Assembly (NCBI GenBank): GCA_030390025.1
Contig: JASTWF010000362.1
Coordinates: 310,001-374,000, forward strand
Direction of reading: 5' to 3'
DNA from: Squalus acanthias
Lineage: Eukaryota
DNA length: 64,000 nucleotides
Both the position numbers and the translations under genes were made by a program. This document shows positions 36,930-49,770 of the stretch, piece after piece (the first letter of the stretch is position 1; each line of letters begins with the position of its first letter). The notes beneath the pieces are model-generated. The model was not told the origin of the DNA. It worked only from the letters and a program-made list of their open reading frames with translations, and ran no database searches.

Positions 36930-37500
36930 AGTGACCACACCTGGAGCACTGCGCTCAGTTTTGGTCTCCATACCTAAGGAAGGATATACTTGCCTTAGAG
37001 GCTGTGCAACGAAGGTTGATTAGAGTGATTCCTGGGATGAGAGGGCTGTCCTATGATGAGAGATTGAGTAGGTTGGGCCTATACTCTGGAGTTTAGAAGA
37101 ATGAGAGGTGATCTCACTGAAAAATCTAAAATTCTTAGAGGGCTTGACAGGGTAGATGCTGGGAGGATGTTTCCCCTGGCTGGGGAGTCTAGAACTAGGG
37201 GACAATAGTCTCAGGATAAGGGGTCGGCCATTTAGGACTGAGATGAGGAGGAATTCTTCAATCAGAGGGTGGTGAATCTTGTGAATTCTCTGCCCCAGAG
37301 GGCTGTGGAGGCTCAGTCGTTGAGTATATTCAAGGCTGAGATCGATAGATTTTTGGACTCGAGGGGAATCAAGGGATATGGGGATTGGGCGGGAAAGTGG
37401 AGATGAGGTTGAAGATCAGCCATGATCTTATTGAATGGCGGAGCAGGTTCGAGGGGCTGTATGGCCAACTCCTGCTCCTAGTTCCTACGTTCTTGTGTTC
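36930..37500 (+). mobile_element. CR1 LINE 3' fragment
   Basis: Similarity to 16080-16648. Confidence 0.85.
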
Positions 37501-39537
37501 TTAACTGAACACCGTACTGAAGGAGCAGTACCCTGACCAGAGCCCTGTACAGCTCTGATTCCGAGTGTATTAACAATTCATCACTGGTAGCCTTTAACCT
37601 CACCCTCTGTGGCCCACTGCAGTCTGTTCATGTAACGTTCCCTGCTTGTTATTTTAATTATAGAATCATAGAATGTTGCAGCACAGACAGGGGCCATTCG
37701 CCCATCGTGTCTGTGCCGGCTCTTTGAAAGAGCTCTCCAATTAGTCCCACTCCCCCAGCTCTTTCCCCACAGCCCTGCAAATTGTTTCCCTTCAAGTATT
37801 TAGCCAATTCCCCTTTGAAAGTTACTATTGAATCAGCTTCCACCGCCCTTTCAGGCAGCGCATTCCAGATCACAACAACTCGCTGCGTAAAAACAATTCT
37901 CCTCATCTCCCCTCTGGCTCTTTTGCCAATTATCTTAAATCTGTGTCCTCTGGTTACCGACCCTCCTGCCAGTGGAAACAGTTTCTCCTTATTTACTCTA
38001 TCAAAACCCTCATAATTTTGAACGCCTCTATTAAATCTCCCCTTAACCTTCTCTGCTCTGTTTTATAATAAAACAGGTTCGCAACTGTGTTTAGGGACCA
38101 GGCAGAAGAACTTCGCATAGACTCATTACCGGAAAAAATGACCCCCCCACAAAGCTCGTTATACGGGCAGGGCCAAAATAATCAAATGCAGTTTCCCAAT
38201 TATTTTTTTTAATTCACTCTGGGGATGTGGGCGTCGCTGGCAAGGCCAGCATTCGTTGCCCATCCCTGATTGCCCTTGAGAAGGTGGTGGTGAGTTGCCT
38301 TCTTGAACCGCTGCAGTCCGTGTGGTGATGGTACTCCCACAGTGCTGTTAGGGAGCGAGTTCCAGGATTCTGACCCAGCAACGATGAAGGAATAATTTTC
38401 GGCTCTTACTCACCAGCTCTTGCTCATCTGTTCCAATATGTTGGCAAGAGGATTGTGCTTAGTCACAAGAGTGACTCAGAGACAACTGTGGAAAGGAACG
38501 CACGCGGTGAAGTGTCTGAGTTTGGACATCTGTGTTTCGTTAACCGCCCCTCTGTAATGAGCAAGGTCCTTCGGCCCATCTTAGCTCACCCGTCCAGAGA
38601 GAGCCTCACTCCCCATCACAACATCAACCCTGTCTTAAATACTGCAGGGTTTTTACCCGCAGTCCCCGACTGGGACTCCATTGCATGTGCTGATCACCCG
38701 GTAGGAGGGGGGACGATTTCCACTCCCTTCGCCTGGTGGTAATGGCCTCAAATTGGAATCGGTCGCCTTACTGCCCCATTATTTCAAGGTTATGATGAAG
38801 GGGTTCGATAGGGCAGACTAGATCAGATGTTTCCACTTGTGGGGGGAGACCAGAACTAGGGGCCATAAATATAAGATAGTCACTAATAAATCCAATGGGG
38901 AATTCAGGAGAAACTTCTTTACCCAGAGAGTGGTGAGAATGTGGAACTCGCTACCACAGGGAGTGGTTGAGGCGAATAGTATAGATGCATTTAAGGGGAA
39001 GCTAGATAAGCACATGAGGGAGAAAGGAATAGAAGGATTTGTTGTTAAGGTGAGATGAAATAGGGTGGGGGAGGAGGCTTGTGTGGAGCATAAACACTGG
39101 CATTGACCAGTTGGGCCGAATGGCCTGTTTCTGTGCTGTAGACTCTGTGTAACCCCCGGCGATGTGGCTAGCGCCATTTTGAAAGAGGCCTCCCATTGGG
39201 TGTCCAAAGCTCCAGCCTGTTACAGGCGACGCGCCCCTTTTAATATGGAAATCGGGGTCCTATGACGGGAACTCCAAGCAGTCCCACGGGCGGCGGAACC
39301 GAAGAGGCTCGGACAATGGGAAGCATCGAATTGGCCTGTTCCTCTGGGGCCCACGTACATAATCTGGGCCACTGTCACCCCGTGACCAACCCCCTCTCCC
39401 CCCACCCCGAGACCGACCCCCCTCCCCCCACCCTGTGACCGACCCCCATCTGTACTTCTCCTTGTGAGGTTTGCCAGTGACGTGCGCTATGAGGATTTAA
39501 TGATTGTTTTCCTCTGCCCCACCCCTCCCCCATTCAG

Positions 39538-39700
39538 ACCTGATGAGCCTGAAGCAGATGCTGGAGAGACTCGGGGTTCCAAAGACCCACCTGGAGGTGA
39601 AGAAGATGATTGCTGAGGTAACCGGTGGCAGCAGTGAGACCATCTCTTACCGCGACTTCGTCACCATGATGCTGGGCAAGCGCTCCGCCGTGCTCAGATT
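39538..39700 (+). CDS. AIF1L: AIF1L exon 5
   Basis: attcag|AC...TT|gtgagt; [53 protein letters not shown]. Confidence 0.97.
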
Positions 39701-39727
39701 GTGAGTATTGGCCCCCCTCAAACTCTC

Positions 39728-40725
39728 GGCTCTCCCTGTGCCAGTGCCAGTTTGGCTCTCTTTGCCAGTGCCAGTTTGGCTCTCCCTGTGCCAGTGCCAG
39801 TTTGGCTCTCTTTGCCAGTGCCAGTTTGGCTCTCCCTGTGCCAGTGCCAGTTTGGCTCTCTTTGCCAGTGCCGGTTTGGCTCTCCCTGTGCCAGTGCCAG
39901 TTTGGCTCTCTTTGCCAGTGCCAGTTTGGCTCTCCCTGTGCCAGTGCCAGTTTGACTCTCCCTGTGCCAGTGCCAGTTTGGCTCTCCCTGTGCCAGTGCC
40001 AGTTTGGCTCTCCCTGTGCCAGTTTGGCTCTCCCTGTGCCAGTTTGGCTCTCTCTGTGCCAGTTTGGCTCTCTCTGTGCCAGTTTGGCTCTCCCTGTGCC
40101 AGTTTGGCTCTCCCTGTGCCAGTTTGGCTCTCTCTGTGCCAGTGCCAGTTTGGCTCTCCCTGTGCCAGTGCCAGTTTGGCTCTCCCTGTGCCAGTGCCAG
40201 TTTGGCTCTCTTTGCCAGTGCGAGTTTGGCTCTCCCTGTGCCAGTTTGGCTCTCTCTGTGCCAGTGTGGCTCTCCCTGTGCGAGTTTGGCTCTCTCTGTG
40301 CCAGTGTGGCTCTCCCTGTGCGAGTTTGGCTCTCTCTGTGCCAGTTTGGCTCTCCCTGTGCCAGTTTGGCTCTCCCTGTGCCAGTTTGGCTCTCCCTGTG
40401 CCAGTTTGGCTCTCCCTGTGCCAGTTTGGCTCTCTCTGTGCCAGTGCCAGTTTGGCTCTCTCTGTGCCAGTTTGGCTCTCTCTGTGCCTGTGCCAGTTTG
40501 GCTCTCCCTGTGCCAGTTTGGCTCTCCCTGTGCCAGTGCCAGTTTGGCTCTCCCTGTGCCAGTTTGGCTCTCCCTGTGCCAGTGCCAGTTTGGCTCTCCC
40601 TGTGCCAGTTTGGCTCTCCCTGTGCCAGTGCCAGTTTGGCTCTCTCCGTGCCAGTTTGGCTCTCCCTGTGCCAGTTTGGCTCTCCCTGTGCCAGTTTGGC
40701 TCTCTTTGCCAGTGCCAGTTTGGCT
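39728..40725 (+). repeat. 20/26-bp minisatellite
   Basis: TGCCAG(TGCCAG)TTTGGCTCTCCCTG units. Confidence 0.93.
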
Positions 40726-40970
40726 CAGTGACGAGCACTCTCTTCCGAGTGGAGGTTATGACGGGATCTATAATCCTTACGCTTCTGTCCTGCAGAGATT
40801 CTATTTTATTTTTAGTTTGAGATTTGATCTAATCTTCCTATTCATCCATCGGACCCCTGGCCTTCAATTAATTCCTTTCTCCCCCTTACTGGAATATATT
40901 CAACTTGTCCCCATTCCATCCCTTGTTAAACTATTTCCCATTGCTGCTCTATCGGTCTGGGTACCAAGGT

Positions 40971-41298
40971 GGGCAACACGGTGGCATAGTGGTTAGCACT
41001 GTTGGCTCACAGCGCCAGGGACCCGGGTTCGAATCCGGCCTCGGGTGACTGTCTGTGTGGAGTTTGCACATTCTCCCTGTGTCTGCGTGGGTTTCCTCCG
41101 GGTGCTCCGGTTTCCTCCCACAGTCTAAAGATGTGCGGGTTAGGTTGATTTGGCTATGATAAATTGACCCTTAGTGTTAGGGGGATTAAATACGTGGGGT
41201 TATGGGGATAGGGTGGGATATGTGTCGGTGCAGGCTTGATGGGCCGAAATGGCCTCTTTCTGCACTGTGGGGATTCTGTGATTCTGTTTCATTCTATT
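40971..41298 (+). mobile_element. HE1-like V-SINE of elasmobranchs
   Basis: tRNA head, V domain TGTGTGGAGTTTGCACATTCTCCC...GGGTTTCCTCCGGGTGCTCCGGTTTCCTCCCACA, CR1-like tail. Confidence 0.85.
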
Positions 41299-41779
41299 TC
41301 ATGTGGGTATCGTCCCTTTTTATTTGGCTAGAATTTACTTTCTTTTTTTCTAACTAAGTACCCTTGACCTTTTTCTATTCTTACCCTGAACGTAATTAGA
41401 TTTGGGTCACTGTTGCCCAACTCTTCTGCCAGTTTTACACTTTGCTCAACCTCCGGATCCAGGTCAGATACTCTGTTTTCCCATCCTTGTTGGAGGAGCA
41501 ACGTAAGTGACTTGAGGAATGCGGTCTGGCCACATTGGAAACATTCTCCCCTTGCTCCATCCATTCAAATTTGGTTTTGCTTTCTCTCTTCCCGGCCCCT
41601 CCCAAAATGTTTGACCTGTGAGTCACAGCACTTCATCTAATAATGCAATTAGGCTGGCGGGGGGGGGGAGCTCCTGGGGGCCAGTGACACTCAGCGAGAT
41701 TCCACACTTGCCTCATGTAAACACAGACTTGCTTCCCCGAGTACGGCAATTTTTGTATAAACGGTCCTGGAGGTGATAC

Positions 41780-42257
41780 AGAAAGAAAGAAATTGCATTT
41801 CTCTAGCGCCTTTCACAACCTCTGGACGCCCCAACGCGCTTTACAGCCAATGAGGTCGGTTTTTGAAGTGTGGTCACTGTTGTAATGTAGGAAACGCGGC
41901 AGCCAATTTGCGCACAGCAAGATCCCACAAACAGCAATGTGATAATGACCGGATAATCTGTTTTTTTTATAGTGATGTTGGTTGAGGGATAAATATTGGT
42001 TAGGACACTGGGGAAAACGCCCCTGCTCTTCTTTGAAATAGTGCCGTGGGGATCATTTACGTCCACCTGAGAGAGCAGACGAGGCCTTGGTTTAATGTCT
42101 CATCCGAAAGACGGCACCTCCGACAGTGCAGCACTCCCTCAGCACTGCACCGGGAGTGTCAGCCTGCGTTATGGGGCTAAAGTCTTTGGATTTGGGACTT
42201 GAACCCATGACCTTCTGACTCCGAGGCGAGAGTGCTGCCCACTGAGCCCCGGCTGAC
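41780..42257 (-). mobile_element. Full-length Deu-SINE
   Basis: Reverse complement of family consensus. Confidence 0.85.
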
Positions 42258-45189
42258 CCACGGTCCGAGCAGGCTGACTCCTCATTGGAGAGCGGTGATG
42301 CATTTGACCGCCGCATTGATCTGTATGTTGGGACCTTTTTAAACTTTTTCACGCTGCGGATTTGAGCAGCCTTGCCCCGTGGGGCCCGCACAGTCTCCTG
42401 TGTTTAAAGAGGGAGGGTTGCTGCTTTTGAGAAGGAAACATTGCGCTCGGTTCTTGAAAGATCGAGCATCACCTGCAAGTGGGGCGCGTTTATGGCGTTT
42501 TGTTTTGATCAGCAGAAGTTTGTGTTCAGTTCCAGTAATCTGGCAGGAGTGACGTTGCCCTTTTAAGAGTGCAGTGTGACCTAGTTAGCAGACTGTTTAT
42601 GGCGGGGATTGTCTGTGTTTACACAGAGCAAGATTAAGTGTAGACAGCGGCTGAAAATTAGTTGATTCAACCCAGCTTCAGAGCTGGGTTTGGTTAAATT
42701 CCAGAGGCAGGTGTTTGATTATTTGGAACTTTCGGATGAGAGGTTAAACCGAGGCCCCGTCTGCTCTCTCAGGCAGACGTAAAAAATCCCGCGGCCACTA
42801 TTGGAAGAAGAGCAGGGGAGTTCTCCCCGGTGTCTTGGGGCCAATATTTATCCCTCAACCAATATCACTAAAACAGATTATCTGGTCATCATCACGTTGC
42901 TGTTTGTGGGAGCTTGCTGTGCGCAAATTGGCTGCCGCGTTTCCGACATTACAACAGTGACTGCACTTCAAAAAGTACTATTGTTTTAAGAACATAAGAA
43001 TTAGGAGCAGGAGTCGGCCATTTGGCCCCTCGAGCCTGCTCCGCCATTCAATAAGATCATGACTGATCTTCCACCTCATCTCCACTTTCCCGCCTGATCC
43101 CCATATCCCTTGATTCCAAAAATCTATCGATCTCAGCCTTGAATATACTCAACGACTCAGCATCCACAGCCCTCTGGGGTAGAGAATTCCAAAGATTCAC
43201 CACCCTCTGAGTGAAGAAATTCCTCCTCATCTCCGTCTTAAATGGCCGACCCCTTATCCTGGTTCAAGACTCTCCAGCCAGGGGGAAACAACCTCTCAGC
43301 ATCTACCCTGTCAATCCCTCTCAGAATCTTATATGTTTCAACAAGATCACCTCATGTCAACCCAGTATTTAGAGACTATATTGTCGACCCCACTCATGGA
43401 GGACTGTCTGGAGTAGGGTTTGAACCCTTGACCTTCTGACTACCAACTGAGCCACAGGCCCCCTCAATCCCAACCAAGTGTTGCCATGGTGGGCGTCAAG
43501 CTCATGTCTGGCAAGTGGATGCTGAATGCTCGACACCTTGTGCGGTGCGTTTAATCGGACCACACCTGTGTTTTGTGCAATCGCACTCCGCCCTTGAAGT
43601 TAAGAGAAGTCACTGGGGAAGGTTTAGAAATTCTGAGTTGCGCAAACTGTTGGCAATTCTCTGCTTTTTCCGGTATTTGTACAATTCAAACTAATCCGTG
43701 GCGTGTTCCAGTGAAGAGGGGAGCGAGGTTGAAATCCAGAGACGCTGATGATTCAGGGGTTCCTGCAGCACCAACACTGGGTGAGCTGAAGAGATGGGTA
43801 TACACTGAGATAGGCAGCATCCAACGCAACCGCTTTGGAGTTTGTGATTGGCTTTTTGCATAAGGCGGCTTAAAGCACATTTAGAAATCTCTTGCAGCAG
43901 AGAACTGGTGTGCGTTTTAACAAGAGCCCCGGGTTATCTGACGGTGCATCAACATTACAGAACATTGCGTTAAAGGGAGTGAGGCCGACTCCCTGCTGTC
44001 ATTTAACACATCGCAACGCCTCGATTTAAAATTCTCATCCTTGTTTTCAAATCCCTCCGTGGCCCTCGGCCCCCCCCACTCCCTATCTCTGTAATCTCCT
44101 CCAGCCCCGCAACCCTCCCGAGATCTCTGCGCTCCTCCAACTCCGGCCTCTTGAGCCTCCCTGATTTTAATCGCTCCACCATTGGCGGCCGTGCCTTCAG
44201 CTGCCTGGGCCCTAAGCTCTGGAATTCCCTCCCTAAACCTCTCCGCCTCTCTCTCTCTCTCCTCTTTTAAGACGCTCCCTAGCACCGACCTCTTTGGCCA
44301 GGCTTTTGGTCACCTGTCCTAAGTGGCTCGGTGTCAAATTTTGTTTGATAATCGCTCCAGTGATGCGCCTTGGGACGTTTTACTATACAAACGCAAGTTG
44401 CTGCTGCTGTTTGTTTGTGGGATCTTGCTGTCACATTCCAACAGTGACCACACTTCAAAAGTATTGGCTGTGAAGCGCTTTGGGCCGACCTGCGGTGGTG
44501 AAAGGCGCTGGAGAAATGCGAGTTCTCTCTCTTTTTATATATCTATTTATAAAAATGATGTCACTGAGCGTGACTGGATCCCAATTACATGAGCACATTC
44601 TCAAGATCTATATACTTTTGAACTAATTAAAAAATAGCTAAACCTCTCCTTCCATTCCTGTGATGTATTTCATTGCACATTGAGCTAACATTTTAAGCTG
44701 TTGTGATGTAGTACCTGACCTGTGGAGAGATCACAAGTTCACACTCTGGTTCCATCTCCCAGATTGTTGTTCCTTTTTAATGAGTCGGTAAGTATCGATC
44801 AGCAGAGATTGCAACCCCACGGGAAAGGCACGAATCAAATGTTTGCTTTGTATTGGCTTCATAGTCTAAATTTTTTACAGCGAGTGTGCAGCACAGAAAC
44901 AGGCCATTCGGCCCCACTGGTCCGTGCCGGTGTTTCTGCTCCACACCAGCCTCCTCCCAGTCCTCGTCATCTCACCCCATCACCATATCCTTCTATTCCT
45001 TTCTCCCTAGTGTGTTTATCCAGCTTCCCCTTAAATGCATCCACGCTGTTCACCTCAACCACTCCCTGTGGGAGCGAGTTCCACACTCTCACCACTCTCT
45101 GGGTAAAGAAGTCTCTCCTGAATTCCCGATTGGGTTTATTGCTGACTATCTTACATTGACGGCCCCTAGTTTTGGTCTCGCCCTACGAG

Positions 45190-45353
45190 CAATGTTCCTG
45201 CTAAGCCGCGCGGCCGCGCAGCGGTCTGGAAGGTCCCGCGCAGGCCGCTCACCGGCTTTTATACGGGAGAAATCGCGCCTGCGCGAAAGTTTGAATGGGC
45301 CGCGCAGCCACTTAAAGGGACCGCGCACCAAAAAAAAGTAAGAGGGAAGATTG
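45190..45353. mobile_element. hAT-type MITE inserted in a minus-strand CR1 (44880-45600)
   Basis: TIRs CAATGTTCC / GGAAGATTG; TSD CCTACGAG / CCTACAAG. Confidence 0.85.
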
Positions 45354-46596
45354 CCTACAAGTGGAAACATCTTCTTTATGTCTACCCTATCAAACCCCAT
45401 CATAATTTTAAAAACCTCCACTCGGTCACCTCTCAGTCTCCTCCTTCCCAGAGAAAAGAACCCCAGCCTGTTCAGTCTTTCTAGTTAGGCATCACCTTTC
45501 AGTTCTGGTATCATCCTTGTAAATCTTTTCTTGCACCTTCTCCAGTGCCTCTATATCCTGTTTTTTGTAATATGGAGACCAGAACTGTGCACAGTAACTC
45601 CGAGTGTGTGCTTAGACTAGAAAAAAAAACTTTAATCCCATCAGTCTGTTACTGTGCTCTTTAAGTGGGCAGCAGGCAAATGGAAGGCATTTAAAATTCC
45701 GGTTAGGTTTGCGGATGGTCCTTGGGATTTGGAATATAAAGAGCAGTGAGTGAAAGTAGTGAAGAGAGGCTGGTCGCAGCAGCTTGCTGAACAGAGGGTG
45801 CACTATCTACACCTCTCTCCCTTTCATTCTCGCTTGCCCACCTTAAACCTACACACGCTGCATTTAAATAGGAATGAAATTCCGACAGAACAGAGGGGGG
45901 ATGAATGCCTTATTGTCGACTGGGGCAGCACACTGCTTGTCAATTCATTCATTGTGCGGGGGCTGCATTGAGTGAGAGTGAGAGTGAGTGCTGGCCTTGG
46001 GGCCATTCACAGGGCTGAGCCTGTGGTTGGATTTCAGCTCCAACTTTAATGGGCGTCTCATCTGTTGCAGGGGCTTGAAAGCTGAATCAATCCACAGCAC
46101 TCCAGACACAGCAGCTGAATCCTGTTTTAAACAGGTGATTGAAAGTCTGGAGATAGTTAGTGAGATCCCAGGACAGTGTGGTGGGATTCAGTGCACAGTG
46201 CAATCCCAGGGCTCAGTGGGCAGCACCCTCGCCTCTGAGTCAGAAGGTCGTGGGTTCAAGCCCCACTCCAGAGACTTGAGCACAAAAATCTAGGCTGACT
46301 CTCCCAGTGCAGTGCTGAGGGAGTGCGGCACTGTCTTTCAGATGAGACATTAAACCGAGGCCCTGTCTGCTCTCTCAGGCGGATGTAAAAGATTCCATGA
46401 CACTATTTTGAAGAAGAGCAGGGGGAGTTCACCCCGGTGTCCTGGGACAAATATTTATCCCTCAATCAACATCACTAAAACAGATAATCTGATCATTATC
46501 ACATTGCTGTTTGTGGGAGCTTGCTGTGCGCAAATTGGCTGCCGCGTTTCCTACATTACAACAGTGACTACACTTCAAAAACACTTCATTGGCTGT

Positions 46597-46890
46597 GGGA
46601 GTCAGTGCACAGTGCGATCCCAGGACAGTGGGGTGGGATTCAGTACACAGTGCGATCCCAGGACGGTGGGGTGAGAGTCAGTGCACAGAGCAATCCCAGG
46701 ACAGTGGGGTGGGAGTCAGTGCTCAGTGCGATCCCAGGACAGTGGGGTGGGAGTCAGTGCACAGAGCGATCCCAGGACGGTGGGGTGGGATTCAGTGCAC
46801 AGTACGATCCCAGGACGGTGGGGTGGGAGTCAGTGCACAGTGCGATCCCAGGACAGTGGGGTGGGATTCAGTGCACAGTACGATCCCAGG
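46597..46890 (+). repeat. 38-bp minisatellite between Deu-SINE pieces
   Basis: GGGAGTCAGTGCACAGTGCGATCCCAGGACAGTGGGGT; related unit at 46161-46210. Confidence 0.88.
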
Positions 46891-47098
46891 TGCCGTCTTT
46901 CAGATGAGACGTTAAACCGAGGCCCCGTCTGCTTTCTCAGGTGGACGTAAAAGATCTCGCGGCACTATTTCGAAGAAGAGCAGGGGAGTTCTCCCTGGTG
47001 TCCTGGGGCCAAGACAATCTGGCGAAAATTTTATCTAAACCTACGACCACGAATAAAAGCTTTGAAATTAGAGCTAAAACGCATCTTTCTTTTTGCAG

Positions 47099-47186
47099 AA
47101 TCATGATGTTTGAAGGAAAGAGTGACGGAAACGGTTCTAAACCCGTGGGACCTCCTGCCAAGAGAGACATCTCCAGCCTCCCGTGA
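47099..47186 (+). CDS. AIF1L: AIF1L terminal coding exon
   Basis: ttgcag|A ATC...; IMMFEGKSDGNGSKPVGPPAKRDISSLP-stop; six exons sum to 447 nt = 148 aa plus stop. Confidence 0.97.
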
Positions 47187-47529
47187 CCTGGGGCTGCTGG
47201 CGGGGGAGCTGGGAGTGTATGTGGTGCCTCTCCATGGTTTGTAACTAGCTCTGTCTCTGATGCTTCATCCCGCCCTTGTTGGCGGGGGGCGGGGGGGAAA
47301 TGGGATTGCAGCAAACTGAATTCATTGCAGCCCCGGGCAATGTCCGGTGTGCTCACTATTTCTCGAATCTGTGCGACACCCTGAGAGTTCTCGGGTAAGG
47401 AGGCAGAGGTGCTCTTGCTCACCAGTCCAGTGTCGTCCAGTAGAACTTGCTGAGTGGCACCAGGTGCGGGTACCGTGACCCCCATTTTAGCCTCGGGCAC
47501 AAATTTCAGTCATAAATACCTTTCGGCCG

Positions 47530-47995
47530 TGTCAGCCGTGGCTCAGTGGGCGGCATACTTGCCTCTGAGTCAGAAGGTCGTGGGTTCAAGTCCCCACTCC
47601 AGGGACTTGAACCCATAATTCAGGCCGACGCTCCAGTGTGGTGCTGAGGGAGCGCTGCACTGTCGGAGGGGCCGTCTTTTGGATGAGACGTTAAACCGAG
47701 GCTACATCTGCACTCTCAGGTGGACATAAAAGATCCCGTGGCATTATTTCGAAGAAGAGCAGGGGAGTTCTCCCCGGTGTCCTGGCCCAATATTTATCCC
47801 TCAACCAACATGACTTAAACTAACAGATTATCTGGTCATTTATCTCATTGCTGTTTGTGGGAGCTTGCTGTGCACAAATTGGCTGCCGCGTTTCCTACAA
47901 CAGTGACTGCACTTCAAAAAGTACTTCATTGGCTGTAAACGCTTTGGGACGTCCTGAGGTTGTGAAAGGTGCTGTAGAAATGTAAGTTCTTTCTT
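47530..47995 (+). mobile_element. Full-length Deu-SINE in presumed AIF1L 3'UTR
   Basis: Family consensus. Confidence 0.85.
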
Positions 47996-49108
47996 ATTTC
48001 TGATTGCAACCTCCCCCTCCCCCCACCCCGAGATCTCTGCGCTCCTCTAATTCTGGCCTCTTGAGTATCCCCGATTTTAATCACTCCACCATTGGCGGCC
48101 GTGCCTTCAGCTGCCTGGGCCCTAAGCTCTGGAATCCCCTCCCTAAACCTCTCTACCTCTTTCTCCTCCTTTAAGACGCTCCTTAAAACCTACCTCTTTG
48201 ACCAAGCTTTTGGTCACCTGTCCTAATATTTCCTTATGTGGCTCGGTGTCAAATTCTGTTTGATAATCGCTCCTGTGAAGTGCATTGGGGTGTTTTACTA
48301 TGCGTGTGGCCATTTTCAAACTCCGGTTGGGAATTTCCGATTGAATTCAGCGGCCCCGCCATATTCTGTACCTCGATACATTGCTGCCGGTTTGTGCGCG
48401 ACTGATGAGGCCTGGCAGGAACAGGCCATTCGGTCCAACTGGTCCGTGCCGGTGTTTATGCTCCACACGAGCCTCCTCCCACCCCTCTTCATCTCACCCA
48501 TCAACATATCCTTCTATTCCTTTCTCCCGCATGTGCTTCCCCTTAAATGCATCTATACTATTCGCCTCAACCACTCCCTGTGGTAGCGAGTTCCACATTC
48601 TCACCACTCTCTGGGTAAAGAAGTTTCTCCTGAATTCCCGATTGGATTTATTAGTGACTATCTGATATTGATGGCCCCTAGTTCTGGTCTCCCTCACAAG
48701 TGGAAACATCTTCTCTATGTCTACCCTATCGAACCCCTTCATAATTTTAAAGACCTCTCTATCAGGTCATCCCTCAGCCTTCTCTTCTTTCTAGAGAAAG
48801 GAGCCCCAGCCTGTTCGATCTTTCCTGATAGTTCTACCCTCTCAGTTCTGGTATCATCCTTGTAATTTTTTTTTTTGCACCTTCTCCAGTGCCTCGATAT
48901 CCTTTTTCTAAGATTTGGTTCGGTTCAGCATGCTGTCAATCCCACTCCGTTTATCCCGCGCTGCCTTTCACACCTCTGATGTAAAATTTATTCCTATCTC
49001 TCTAACTCCATTGATTTTTGCGAGGAAAATATTTTTTAACTACAATATATATATATATATTCCGTGCAGCCGGGAATGGTTGGAAGGATGATTCATTTCA
49101 CGGTTAAA

Positions 49109-49190
49109 AATAAAATAATCAGACTTTTGTACGTCTTCAGATGCGGAATAAACCTCTTGTAAACGGCAGTGTGTCTCCCTCTGTTCATTT
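49109..49190 (+). terminator. Candidate AIF1L polyadenylation site
   Basis: AATAAA at 49109 and 49147 followed by GT/T-rich GTGTGTCTCCCTCTGTTCATTT. Confidence 0.55.
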
Positions 49191-49303
49191 CAGGGGTGTA
49201 CATTTCAAACAGTTGGCGCCAATGCTTTTCCTGTCGAGCTGAAGGATGCAGCGTGAGCCGGTGGCGTCTGTAATTGATGCTGAACTCGGCTTCAATATCA
49301 AAG

Positions 49304-49770
49304 TGTCAGCCGTGGCTCAGTGGGCAGCTCTCTCGCCTTTGAGTCAGGAGGTTGTGGGTTCGAGTCCCCACTCCAGAGACTTGAGCACAGAAATCCAGGC
49401 TGACACTCTCAGTGCAGTGCTGAGGGAGTGCTGCACTGTCGGAGGTGCCGTCTTTCGGATGAGACGTTAAACCGAGGCCCCGTCTGCTCTCTCAGGTGGA
49501 TGTAAAAGATCTCGCGGCTACTATTTCGCAGAAGAGTAGGGGAGTTGTCCTGGGCCAATATTTATCCCTCAATCAACATCACTAAAACAGATTATCTGGT
49601 CATTATCATGTCGCTGTGGGATCTTGCTGTGCCCAAAATGGCTGCCGTGTTTCCCACATTACAACAGTGACTACACTTCAAAAAGTACTTCATTGGCTGT
49701 AAAGCACTTTTGGACATCCTGAGATCGTGAAAGGCGCTAGAGAAATGCAAGTTCATTCTTTCTTTCTTTC
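49304..49770 (+). mobile_element. Full-length Deu-SINE
   Basis: Family consensus. Confidence 0.85.

Noticed and set aside
14918..47186. Assignment as AIF1 (Iba1) rather than AIF1L
   Set aside because: C-terminal KPVGPP..RDI.SLP, the YRDFV motif and adjacency to LAMC3 favour AIF1L
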